Below, piece after piece: positions 49,609 to 58,810 of a stretch of 64,000 bases of DNA (its first letter is position 1; each line of letters starts with the position of its first letter). Origin of the DNA: an uncultured Sphingomonas sp. (GTDB lineage Bacteria > Pseudomonadota > Alphaproteobacteria > Sphingomonadales > Sphingomonadaceae). The notes beneath the pieces are model-generated. The model did not search any database. It had not been told where the DNA came from and worked only from the letters and a program-made list of their open reading frames with translations. A program made the translations under genes and the position numbers. The DNA is taken from NCBI GenBank assembly GCA_913777295.1, contig CAJYRU010000185.1, forward strand, positions 131-64,130. Reading direction: 5' to 3'.

Positions 49609-50739
49609 TCAGCGCCTGCCCGCGCCGCGCAGGGTTTCCTCGATGATCCCCCAATAGCGATCCGCGACCGCCGCGACGTCGAAATCGGCCGCGCGTGCAG
49701 ATGCCAACGCGCCCAGCCGGCTACGCTCTCCGGCGTCGCCCATGTGGCGGATGCCGGCGACCATCGCCGCGGTATCGTCGCACGGCACCAGCAGCCCATG
49801 CTTCGCGACCACCAGGCCGTCGGTCGCGTGCGCGCCGAGAATTTCGGAGGGACCCGACGGGCAATCCGTCGACAGGACCGGCAGGCCGACCGCCATCGCC
49901 TCGACCAAGCCGTTCGGAAAGCCTTCCGCGTTCGACGGCAGGACATAGAAATCCGCGCCGGCCATCAGCGCATAGGGATTGGCGGTGAAGCCGGGCAGGT
50001 GCACCCGGTCGGCCACGCCCAGTTCGCGCGCCAGCGCCAGCAGCGAATCGCGTTCGCCCCCTTCCCCGGCGATCACCAGATCCTGTTCGGGACGTGCGGC
50101 GGCATAGGCCCGGATCAGCAACGCGAAATTCTTGTTGGGGGCAAGCCGCCCGACGCCCAGCAGATAGGGGGCATCGGGCCGCCATGCCGGCGCTTCCGCC
50201 GCCATCCGGGCGATTCGCGACAGGTCGAACGGGTTGTCGATCGCCACGACCCGGTCCGCGCGGACGCCATAGGCCTCCACCAGATGGTCGCCGACCCCCT
50301 GCGACACCGCGATCACCCGCGTGGCGCGGCCATAGGTCAGGCGGACCATCGCCTTGACGACGCGCGCGCCGCGGCCATCGCCCAGATGCGCCGATGTATG
50401 CACCCGTTCGCTGATGATGAACGGCCGCCGCAGGATGCCCATCGCCACCGCGTTGCAGATATTGGCGCGGGTCAGGAAGCTCAGCGTGACGTCGGGTCGC
50501 CGGCGCAGCAGGTGCCGGGTGAGCGACTTCAGGCTCGTCGCCAGCCCGCCGCCGCCGGCCAGCCGGACGACCGGCAGCCAGTCCGGCAGGGTATAGGCTT
50601 CCGCTTCGTCGTCGAGCAGAACCAGTTCGATATCGTGCGTCGCCATCCGCGCCTGCGAATGGGTGAGCAACGTCGTCATCACCCGCTCGGCGCCGCCGCC
50701 GGCCAGGGAATTGATCACGAACGAAATCTTGGGACGCAT
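49609..50739 (-). CDS. Glycosyltransferase family 4 (WabH-like)
   Basis: SLAGGGAER, ISER, VGRLAPNKN, EGFPNGLVEAM, TDCPSGPSEIL. Confidence 0.92.
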   Translation of the reverse strand: MRPKISFVINSLAGGGAERVMTTLLTHSQARMATHDIELVLLDDEAEAYTLPDWLPVVRLAGGGGLATSLKSLTRHLLRRRPDVTLSFLTRANICNAVAMGILRRPFIISERVHTSAHLGDGRGARVVKAMVRLTYGRATRVIAVSQGVGDHLVEAYGVRADRVVAIDNPFDLSRIARMAAEAPAWRPDAPYLLGVGRLAPNKNFALLIRAYAAARPEQDLVIAGEGGERDSLLALARELGVADRVHLPGFTANPYALMAGADFYVLPSNAEGFPNGLVEAMAVGLPVLSTDCPSGPSEILGAHATDGLVVAKHGLLVPCDDTAAMVAGIRHMGDAGERSRLGALASARAADFDVAAVADRYWGIIEETLRGAGRR

Positions 50740-50939
50740 GGCTTCCCCCTCGCCAGGACCGGCCCCGATCGGCGCGGCCAGCGCCTCTTCGCCCAAGGCG
50801 CGGGCGATGTCCACGCCGGTCCTGCATCCTGTCGACAAAAGCGTGGCGACTCAAAGCCGCTTCGCGCGTTGCGTTGTTGCCGCGATGCGGGCAGAGCATC
50901 GTCAAGGAAAAGAATATGAAGCAGTGCATCGGGGGAACC

Positions 50940-52403
50940 ATGGGTAAGTTCGCGCAGACGCGATGGGCCGGCTTGTCGGTCGTGGCAGCAGGGCTGATGG
51001 CCGGCGTCGCGGACGCACAGACCGCGCAGACGCCGCCGTCCGATCCGCAACTGGTGGTGCCGGGCCGCACGCCCGACCCCGTGCCGCCAACCGCGGGCGA
51101 GGCGCAAGGTGGCGTCAGCACCGAATCGACCGCCGACGGGACCGCCCCTGGCCTGAACGACGTCAATCGCGCGCTGGCCGAACAGCGTGACGCCGAACCG
51201 ATCCAGACCGGGCTGATCCCGATCGATTCGAGCCGGTTCCTCGGCACCACCGTGCGCGGCCGGTCGCGTCCCGAATTCACCGCGCCGGGGCTGCGCGCGG
51301 GCAGCTTCCGCATCTATCCGACGGTCGGGGTCGACCTTGGCTATGATGCCAACGTCTTCGCGACCAGCAACGCGGTCGGCGACGCCTTCGGCACCGTCAC
51401 CGGGACCGTGCGGGCGCGATCGGACTGGAACCGGCACCAGCTCGGCCTCGATGCACGCCTGTCGCAGAGCGAATATGCGAGCTACGACACCGAAGGCGGC
51501 ACCGAATATCGCCTCGCCGGGTCGGGCCGGCTCGACATTATCGGTCGCAACGCGCTCGAAGCGGTGGCGGTCCGGCAGCGGGTGATCGTCGACCGCGCCA
51601 ATATCGGCGAAATCCCCAACACCGAACGTCCGCTGCGCTATGACGAGACGATCGGATCGCTGACCGGTATCGTCGGCGAGGGACGGCTGCTCGGCCGAGT
51701 CGGCGCGACCTATACCCAGCGCACCTATGAGGACAATGCGCTAATCGACGGCACCCCGCTATCGCTGCGCTTCCGCGACGCCGATCGCTGGGAATTGCGC
51801 GCCGATGTCGGCTATCAGCTCCGCGCGGCGCAGACCGTGTTCACCTCGGTCACCGTCGACCGGCGGCGCAGCAGCACCCCGATCCCCGGGCAGCCGACCG
51901 TCGACAGCGACGGTGCGCAGGTGCTGGTCGGCGTGCGCGGCGAATTGTCGCCGCTGATCCGCGGCCAGCTCGCCGCCGGCGTGCTGCACCAGAATTTCCG
52001 CAGCCCGCTGGTCCGTGACGTGACCGGCCTCGCGCTCAGCAGCCGGGTGGAATGGCTGCCGACCGAACTGACGACCGTCACCGTGTCGGGCGAGCGCTCG
52101 CTGCAGACCAGCGCGCTGCGCGACGACCTCAACTACATCATCACCAGCTTCGACCTGCGGGTGGATCACGAACTGCTGCGCAACCTGCTGCTGCTGGCGA
52201 ACGCACGCTACGCCACCGCCGACTATCGCTCGTCGACCCGGGTCGACCGGCTCTATTCGGTCGGCACCGGGGCCGATTATTTCATCAGCCGCAACATCCG
52301 CAGCACGCTGCGGCTGACCGCGTCGAAACGGACCAGCACCGGGTCGATCCGGCCGAACTTCAACGATTTCGTGGCGACGGTCGGTGCGGCCTACGCCTTC
52401 TGA
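50940..52403 (+). CDS. EPS-associated outer-membrane beta-barrel protein (alternative start 50916)
   Basis: Signal peptide; GYDANVFA, SDWNRH, DHELLRNLLL; amphipathic strands; terminal Phe. Confidence 0.85.
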   Translation: MGKFAQTRWAGLSVVAAGLMAGVADAQTAQTPPSDPQLVVPGRTPDPVPPTAGEAQGGVSTESTADGTAPGLNDVNRALAEQRDAEPIQTGLIPIDSSRFLGTTVRGRSRPEFTAPGLRAGSFRIYPTVGVDLGYDANVFATSNAVGDAFGTVTGTVRARSDWNRHQLGLDARLSQSEYASYDTEGGTEYRLAGSGRLDIIGRNALEAVAVRQRVIVDRANIGEIPNTERPLRYDETIGSLTGIVGEGRLLGRVGATYTQRTYEDNALIDGTPLSLRFRDADRWELRADVGYQLRAAQTVFTSVTVDRRRSSTPIPGQPTVDSDGAQVLVGVRGELSPLIRGQLAAGVLHQNFRSPLVRDVTGLALSSRVEWLPTELTTVTVSGERSLQTSALRDDLNYIITSFDLRVDHELLRNLLLLANARYATADYRSSTRVDRLYSVGTGADYFISRNIRSTLRLTASKRTSTGSIRPNFNDFVATVGAAYAF

Positions 52404-52445
52404 CGCGGCGACGGTTCCCACGCCGCGTTCGGGGTCGGCACGCCG

Positions 52446-52685
52446 ATGACGACCCCGTTCGACTGGATCACGATGGCCGTGTTCGCGGCGATCGTGATCC
52501 TGTTCCTGCAACGCTCGGCGGCTCCGGTCGCCCGCGACACGATGCTGCACTATCTGCCGCCGGCGCTGGGCTGCGCGCTCGCCAACTATCTCGGCAATCA
52601 CGACCAGCCCGGCTGGGCGACGCTGATCCTGGGTGGCGTCGTCGCCTATGTCGCAATCGTCCTGCGCCCGTTCGGCAGGAGTTGA
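52446..52685 (+). CDS. XrtV sorting system accessory membrane protein
   Basis: FDWITMAVFAAIVILFLQRS...YLPPALGCALANYLGN; three TMs; exosortase nearby. Confidence 0.75.
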   Translation: MTTPFDWITMAVFAAIVILFLQRSAAPVARDTMLHYLPPALGCALANYLGNHDQPGWATLILGGVVAYVAIVLRPFGRS

Positions 52686-52770
52686 GCACGATTTCGCGAC
52701 CGACCGGGGTTTGATCCGCGGAAGCGGTGCCGGATCGGACCCCGGCGTCTGATCCCTTGATCGAACCAGA

Positions 52771-52853
52771 CGTCATCCCGGCGAAGGCCGGGATCTCCCG
52801 CTGATAGCACGCCGCAGGAGTCGCCTGAGACCCCAGCCTTCGCTGGGGTGACG
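52771..52853. repeat. REP-like double-hairpin element, copy 2
   Basis: CGTCATCCCGGCGAAGGCCGGGATCTC...GAGACCCCAGCCTTCGCTGGGGTGACG. Confidence 0.85.
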
Positions 52854-52876
52854 ATTCAATGGTGACTGATCAAAGG

Positions 52877-53509
52877 CTAGTACAGCCAGTTCGACCATTC
52901 GGCGACCGGCGTCCACTGCCCCTGCCGCCGCTGGAGCGCATAGAGCGCGCCGTGGTGATTCGCCTCGACCGTCACGAACCCGATATCGCCATAGCGAACC
53001 GGGTCGCGCACGCCGAATCGCGGCGTACAGCGGCGCAGGCGGTTGATGACCCACCACCGCGCGGTGACGCCGGCGGGCAGCGCATCCTCGGTCAGCGTCA
53101 ACCGGCGGCGGATATCGCCGAACGGCCGCGCCATCCGGGTCGCCGCACCGTTCAACGTCTGCTGCACCATCGGCGGCAGCACGTCGGACCGGTCACGCAC
53201 CACCGGCGGAGTCGGTTCGCCGGTCGGCACCTTCAGCCCGGTCGGCGGAAACCAGCGCAGGTCGGCGCGAGAGCTGCGCGGCGCGCGCGCCATCTCGCGA
53301 AAGACGCTCAGCGTATCGCCATCGGTCACCCGGTCGGTGCAGACCGGGCCGTTACGTGCGACCATCAGCGTCAGGACGGCCCGCACCATCGCTTCGTCGT
53401 CGTCGATTCGTCCGTCGCCGCGACCACCGGAGCAGCCGGCGAGCATAAGCGTCATGATTCCGATGACGAAACGTCGCGGGCGCGGGGATGGGATGTGGCG
53501 AGGCTCCAT
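52877..53509 (-). CDS. Hypothetical lipoprotein
   Basis: Lipobox LAGC after a basic and hydrophobic stretch. Confidence 0.65.
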   Translation of the reverse strand: MEPRHIPSPRPRRFVIGIMTLMLAGCSGGRGDGRIDDDEAMVRAVLTLMVARNGPVCTDRVTDGDTLSVFREMARAPRSSRADLRWFPPTGLKVPTGEPTPPVVRDRSDVLPPMVQQTLNGAATRMARPFGDIRRRLTLTEDALPAGVTARWWVINRLRRCTPRFGVRDPVRYGDIGFVTVEANHHGALYALQRRQGQWTPVAEWSNWLY

Positions 53510-53650
53510 CGCCGGGACCATCGGCGAGCCGCGCCCAAAAGTAAACGGCACACCGATGTGCACCGGAACGGGACATCCCTGAATCCGCACGCGTTAGCCG
53601 TTGGAAACTTTCCGGCCTTGTGCGATTAATGGTTCGTAAAGGAAGATGCC

Positions 53651-54298
53651 GTGAGCGAACGAATTGCAACTCTGCGCACCGAGGACCGGTGGCGCCGTTG
53701 GATGATGGCCGGAGTCGTGGGGATGCTGACCCTGTCGAGTGGCACCATCATCTCCGAACGCGCCCTGTTCAGCCCCCTGGCTGACGACCCCGCCCTCGCC
53801 GGGTTTGCGCCGACCGCCTATGCGATGCTGACGCCGCAGGGCGGTGCGGGCGGACTGGGTGGCCCCGGTGGGCTGCGCCGTCCCGGCAGCGGCACTCCGT
53901 TCCCGCAAGCGTTCGGCGCGATTCCGCAGCCCGATGTACCGGCGTCGACCGGAGGCACGCCGGGCGGCGTTCCCGATGGCGTGACCGGCCTCACCCCGGC
54001 ACCGCAGGGTGTCGGTAATCTTCCCAGCGACTCGATCCCCGGCGGACCGGGCGGTCCCGGCGGGGCGGGAAGCGGCCCCGGCGGTTCGCTGCCCGGTCCG
54101 GGCGGATCGTTGCCGGGTGGTGGCGGCGCGGCTCCGGGCACGACGCCGGGCGGTCCGGTGACGCCGCCGGTGAGCGCCGTTCCCGAACCGGCGAGCTGGG
54201 CGATGATGATTCTCGGCCTCGCCTTTATCGGCGGCATCCTGCGGCGTCAGCGCGGCGGAGTGTCGCGCGCGATGACCGGGCGCACCGCGACGGCCTGA
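53651..54298 (+). CDS. PEP-CTERM (PEPxxWA type) sorting-signal protein, Gly/Pro-rich
   Basis: VPEPASWAMMILGLAFIGGILRRQR; GGPGGPGG low-complexity body. Confidence 0.92.
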   Translation: MSERIATLRTEDRWRRWMMAGVVGMLTLSSGTIISERALFSPLADDPALAGFAPTAYAMLTPQGGAGGLGGPGGLRRPGSGTPFPQAFGAIPQPDVPASTGGTPGGVPDGVTGLTPAPQGVGNLPSDSIPGGPGGPGGAGSGPGGSLPGPGGSLPGGGGAAPGTTPGGPVTPPVSAVPEPASWAMMILGLAFIGGILRRQRGGVSRAMTGRTATA

Positions 54299-54370
54299 CC
54301 GCGCGCGTACGCACCGACACCGACATAGAGGCTGTCTGGAGACGTGCCATGCGCGTATCCAGACGGCCGT

Positions 54371-54910
54371 TCAGCGCAGGTGGAGCCTGCCTTCGGTCAG
54401 TGTGACCGAATCGAGCTTTTCCAGCATGTTCTGGCCGAGCAACGATACGCCCAGCCCGTCACGCACGACCACCGCGCGCAAGCCCCGGACGTCGTGCCCG
54501 GCCAGTTCGATCCGCTCCAGTTTCGTCCACGCCATCGCCGCATCGCCGCCGACGGTGCTGACCCGCCCGACGAACTTGTCGCGATCCACCACGATTCCCG
54601 CCGCCCGGGCATCGGCATCGGTGAGGACCATGTAGGACGCGCCGGTATCCACCAGGAAGCGGATCGGTCGCCCGTTCACCTTCGCTCGGACATAGAACAA
54701 CCCGTCGCTGTGCCGTTCCGTGCGCAGGCTGGCCGGCTCGGTTGCCGGCATGGGCGGGGGTGGCGCGGTGGCGACGATGGGCACCGCCGCGGCGGCGATC
54801 CCCTCCGTCACCGGGGCGAAGCCCAGCCGGTCCGACTCGCTGAGCGCGGCGATGCTGGCGGTGGCGATGCCGGAAAGCACCGCTGCACGAAGGATGGCAT
54901 TGGCGAACAT
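54371..54910 (-). CDS. Clan AA (retropepsin-like) aspartic protease, exported
   Basis: DGLFYV, FLVDTGAS, SLLGQNML; signal-like N-terminus. Confidence 0.88.
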   Translation of the reverse strand: MFANAILRAAVLSGIATASIAALSESDRLGFAPVTEGIAAAAVPIVATAPPPPMPATEPASLRTERHSDGLFYVRAKVNGRPIRFLVDTGASYMVLTDADARAAGIVVDRDKFVGRVSTVGGDAAMAWTKLERIELAGHDVRGLRAVVVRDGLGVSLLGQNMLEKLDSVTLTEGRLHLR

Positions 54911-55179
54911 GGCAACCGGTATCGCACCGTCGACTTACGCTCCGGTTCGCGAAAATGGTGCATCGCCAATTAACTAGGATCGATCGACGTTCACGGGAAA
55001 CCGCAGCGTAAATGCTCCGCTCCCTGACAAGGTAGGGGAGCGCCTAGGATCGATCGATCGCAAGAGGTCTGCGGCCGCTCGCGACTCGACGAAGCCGAGA
55101 TTTCGGCACCTGAACTTGTTCCGGCGTCCATCCGACCCGCGAGCGCTGCAGATCAATGATCCACCAATATGCCACCAGA

Positions 55180-55264
55180 CGTCGTTCCAGCGAAGACTGG
55201 GACGACGTCTGGTGACGGCACGCGACAGCGGCCGCTTGAGACCCCGGCCTGTGCCGGGGCGACG
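55180..55264. repeat. REP-like element, degenerate copy 3
   Basis: CGTCGTTCCAGCGAAGACTGGGAC...GAGACCCCGGCCTGTGCCGGGGCGACG. Confidence 0.7.
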
Positions 55265-55390
55265 TTTCCAGGTAGATGGATCGATCGCCAGGGACCGGCC
55301 CGGGTCACGGGTCGATCGCGTCAGCGCGGCAACCCACCTTGCCGCGACCGACACAGGCGACCGGTGATCCAGCCCACCGGTCGAAACCGC

Positions 55391-56311
55391 CTACGACCCC
55401 GCCGCCACCGTGGGTCGCGCCTTCGGCGTGGCGGGGCCATAGGTCCGGCGGAGATGGACGGTCTGCAACAACCCGGCGATCAGGATCACCAGTCCGGCCA
55501 GCGTCAGCTGCGCGGCGACGACCCAATAGGGTGCGCGCATCGTCCGGGTCGAATTATAGAGGACATAATAGGGCCGCGTGACCCGCAACCCCGCATAGCG
55601 ATACAGCCGCTCGATCGAACCGGGCAGGTTGTTGCGGACCAGCGTTCCGGTCCGGTCCTCCACCCGCACGTTCGGGGCCATGCGCGCCTGATCGCGCGGT
55701 TCCAGCTCGATGAAATAGGCGATCTCTGGCATCGCCGGGTCGGTTCCGGCGGCGACGATCGGCGCGAAGCGTACGCCCCGCCGCGTCACCAGCAGGTTCT
55801 GCGCAAAGGCGGCGGTGCGGTCGTACAGGATCGTGCCCCGCAACGTCGCCGCCCCGCTATCGACTGCGGTCACGCCCGCCGGATCGGCAGTGACGATCCG
55901 GTCCGCGCGTTGATACGCCGTCCGCGTGAACGCGACCAGCGCGATCACCACCGCGGCGCTGAGCAACGCGCTGGCGACCACGAACAGGAACTGGCGGAAC
56001 CGGACCGCGCTGATATGGGCCGCGACGGCGGGCGACCGGTCGGCATAGCGCGGGTCGTCGCGCTGGTGACGGTCGCGCAGCAGCAGCAACGCCGGCGACG
56101 CGAACAACAGCACGGGCAGCACGAAGGTCAGCGTCGGCGCGAACTGGCCGAACTGGTCGAACTGCCATTCGGCCAGCGTCGCATACAGCCCGGAGTAATG
56201 CAGCATTTCCCACAGGAAATACAGCAGCACCACCAGCACCCATAGCGTCATGATCCGGGCGAGAACGGGCCGATCGACGCGTGGCATCCGCGATTTCAAC
56301 CAGCCACGCAT
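55391..56311 (-). CDS. Hypothetical membrane protein (about four TMs and a periplasmic domain), divergent from the exosortase
   Basis: Hydrophobic segments; GGGGA RBS. Confidence 0.75.
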   Translation of the reverse strand: MRGWLKSRMPRVDRPVLARIMTLWVLVVLLYFLWEMLHYSGLYATLAEWQFDQFGQFAPTLTFVLPVLLFASPALLLLRDRHQRDDPRYADRSPAVAAHISAVRFRQFLFVVASALLSAAVVIALVAFTRTAYQRADRIVTADPAGVTAVDSGAATLRGTILYDRTAAFAQNLLVTRRGVRFAPIVAAGTDPAMPEIAYFIELEPRDQARMAPNVRVEDRTGTLVRNNLPGSIERLYRYAGLRVTRPYYVLYNSTRTMRAPYWVVAAQLTLAGLVILIAGLLQTVHLRRTYGPATPKARPTVAAGS

Positions 56312-56406
56312 CACAATCCCCCTTATCAGCCTGCCCCTGCCCGTCGATTCGTACGCTGGGGCAGGGACCTTTGCGCTTACCGTCCGCAGAGTCTAGCGTC
56401 CCGGAA

Positions 56407-57324
56407 ATGTTCAACGCGCCTGCCTCCGTTCGCGTTCCGGCCGCCCCCGACGATGCCGCCGCACCCGCCCCGCGCGGGGAGGGACGCGGCTGGCGTGCAT
56501 GGGGCGATTACTGGTTCCTCGCGATCGCCATCCTCCTGTTCCTGCTGCCAGTGGCGGGCGCGATGGTCCGCGAAAGCTGGTCGACCGAACAGGGCGCGCA
56601 GGGACCGCTGATCCTCGCCAGCGGATTGTGGCTGCTCGCGCATGAGGCACGCGGCCTGCGCGCCCTGCCCGGAAAACGCGGCCCCGCCGCCGCGGCGATG
56701 GTGCCCGCCGCACTCGCCGTCGTCTTCGGTCGGGTGACCGGCAATCTGTGGGTCGACTGGGCGGGAAGCCTCGGCGCGCTCGCCGTCCTGCTCTATGCGG
56801 TGGCCGGCGGCGCGGCGCTACGCCGGCTGTGGTTCCCGCTGCTCTATCTGCTGTTCCTGGTGCCCATTCCCTATGCGATTATCGGCCCCCTTACCCATGC
56901 CCGCAAATTATGGCTGTCGGGCAGCGCGGTCGACCTGTTGTCCTGGGCGCGCTACGACGTCGCCTATGGCGGCACGACGCTGTATATCGACCAGTATGAA
57001 CTGCTGATCGCCGATGCCTGCGCCGGCATGAACTCGCTGTTCAGCCTCGTCGCGATCGGCGGTTTCTATATCTATCTGCGCCATCGCGACCGGGCGCGGC
57101 GGGCGATTTTCCTGGCGATGACGCTCGTTCCGGTCGCTATCTTCACCAATTTGCTACGGGTCGTGCTGCTGATGCTGGTCACCCGCCACTGGGGCGATGC
57201 CGTGGCGCAGGGGGTGTTCCATGATGCGATCGGGATGGTGATGTTCGCGACGATGCTCGGCACGCTGGTGCTGCTCGATCTTGCCGCCGCCGCGCTGACC
57301 GACCGCAGGGGTATGCCCGCATGA
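56407..57324 (+). CDS. xrtV: Exosortase (XrtV type)
   Basis: WFPLLYLLFLVPIP, ADACAGMNS (Cys), NLLRV (Arg), FHD (His); followed by EpsI. Confidence 0.88.
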   Translation: MFNAPASVRVPAAPDDAAAPAPRGEGRGWRAWGDYWFLAIAILLFLLPVAGAMVRESWSTEQGAQGPLILASGLWLLAHEARGLRALPGKRGPAAAAMVPAALAVVFGRVTGNLWVDWAGSLGALAVLLYAVAGGAALRRLWFPLLYLLFLVPIPYAIIGPLTHARKLWLSGSAVDLLSWARYDVAYGGTTLYIDQYELLIADACAGMNSLFSLVAIGGFYIYLRHRDRARRAIFLAMTLVPVAIFTNLLRVVLLMLVTRHWGDAVAQGVFHDAIGMVMFATMLGTLVLLDLAAAALTDRRGMPA

Positions 57325-58001
57325 GCGTCGTGCCGCGTCCCGACCGGCGGCAACTGATCCTGGGGACGGCGCTGCTCGCCACGGCGGGGCTCGCCAACGC
57401 CTTGCGCCCGACCGACGCGCCCGCCACCACAATCGACCTGATGCGCGCGATCCCGCTGGTGCTGGGTCCCTATCGCTACGACAGCGCGATCGCGCTCGTC
57501 CTGCCCGATGCCGGGGAGACTAGCCAGCGGATCTACGATCAGGTGCTGACCCGCAGCTATGTCGCGGCCGGGCGTCCCCCGGTCATGCTCGTCATCGCCT
57601 ATGGCGCGGCGCAGGATGCCGGCCTCGCGCTGCACCGGCCCGATGCCTGCTATCCGGCGGCCGGCTATCGGATCGAAGCGACGCGGGCGGTGCAGGCACG
57701 TCCCGGCGAAGCCGCCGCGATCCCGGCGACCCTGCTCACCGCCACGCGGCAGGACCGGGTCGAACAGGTGCTGTACTGGACCCGGATCGGCGACCGCTTT
57801 CCGACATCGGCATTGGCCGAGAAGCTCGACATCCTGCGCGCCAATCTGTCGGGCGATCGCCCCGATGGCGTGCTGGTCCGGCTGTCTGTCGAGGATGGCG
57901 ACCCGGCGGCGGCGCTGGCGCAGTTGCAGCGATTCGTCGCCACGCTGCTCGTGACGATCGGCCCGGCCGCACGCGCCAAGCTGGTCGGGGGTGCCGCATG
58001 A
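57321..58001 (+). CDS. epsI: Exosortase-associated EpsI family protein
   Basis: IYDQVLTRSY, VMLVIAYG, LHRPDACYPAAGY, YWTRIG, PDGVLVRLS. Confidence 0.88.
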   Translation: MSVVPRPDRRQLILGTALLATAGLANALRPTDAPATTIDLMRAIPLVLGPYRYDSAIALVLPDAGETSQRIYDQVLTRSYVAAGRPPVMLVIAYGAAQDAGLALHRPDACYPAAGYRIEATRAVQARPGEAAAIPATLLTATRQDRVEQVLYWTRIGDRFPTSALAEKLDILRANLSGDRPDGVLVRLSVEDGDPAAALAQLQRFVATLLVTIGPAARAKLVGGAA

Positions 58002-58810
58002 CCCGGCGCGGTGGCGTTCATGCCCTGTCGCTGCTGCTGCTGGCGGCACTCCCCGCCGGCTGCGATCCCGGCCCTCCCGAGGGGCAGGTGGTCGCGCGCG
58101 TCGACGGGGAAGAAATCACCCGGCGCGACCTGCTGCTCGAACTACAGGCCAGCGGCCTAGCGCCCGGGGTCGATGTCGACCGCTACCGCAAGGCGCTGCT
58201 CGAAGCGGTGGTCGCCCGCAAGCTGCTGGCGCAGGCCGCCCGGCAGGACGGCATCGACACCACGCCCGAATATTTGGCGGCGATCCGGCGCGACCGCGAA
58301 CAACGGCTCGTGCAGTTCCTGGGCGACCGCGACACCACCCGGCTGCCGCCACCGACCCCGGACGCTATCCGCGCCCATGCCGCACGGCGCGACAGCGCCT
58401 ATGCCGCTCGGCAGTTGCTGACGGTCGAGCAGTTGCGCCTTGCCGACACCGGCGCGGAGCGGGCGATCGACCTGCGCGGCCCGATCGATGCGGTCGCGGC
58501 GCGGATGGATGCGGACGGACGCCGTTACCGGCGCGATCGCGTGGCCGAAGACAGTCTCGCCCTTGCGCCTGCGCGCCAGGCTGCACTGGCGGCTACCGCC
58601 GGCGGCACCGCGCTGCGCACCGATCAGCCGGGCGAGGTCATCCTCGAACAACTGGTCGCCGTCCGCCCCGCCCCCATCGCGCCGGCGCTGCGCCCCGCCG
58701 TCGCCCGCGACGAACTGGAACGGAACGCCCGCGCCGACATGGAGGCCCGGCGCACCGCCCGGCTCCGCGCTCGCGCGCGGATCGAATATCAGCCGGGTTA
58801 CGCGCCGTAG
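57998..58810 (+). CDS. EpsD-like (SurA N-terminal type) lipoprotein
   Basis: Lipobox PAGC; GQVVARVDGEEITRRDL, RKLLAQAA, LRARARIEYQPGY. Confidence 0.75.
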   Translation: MTRRGGVHALSLLLLAALPAGCDPGPPEGQVVARVDGEEITRRDLLLELQASGLAPGVDVDRYRKALLEAVVARKLLAQAARQDGIDTTPEYLAAIRRDREQRLVQFLGDRDTTRLPPPTPDAIRAHAARRDSAYAARQLLTVEQLRLADTGAERAIDLRGPIDAVAARMDADGRRYRRDRVAEDSLALAPARQAALAATAGGTALRTDQPGEVILEQLVAVRPAPIAPALRPAVARDELERNARADMEARRTARLRARARIEYQPGYAP

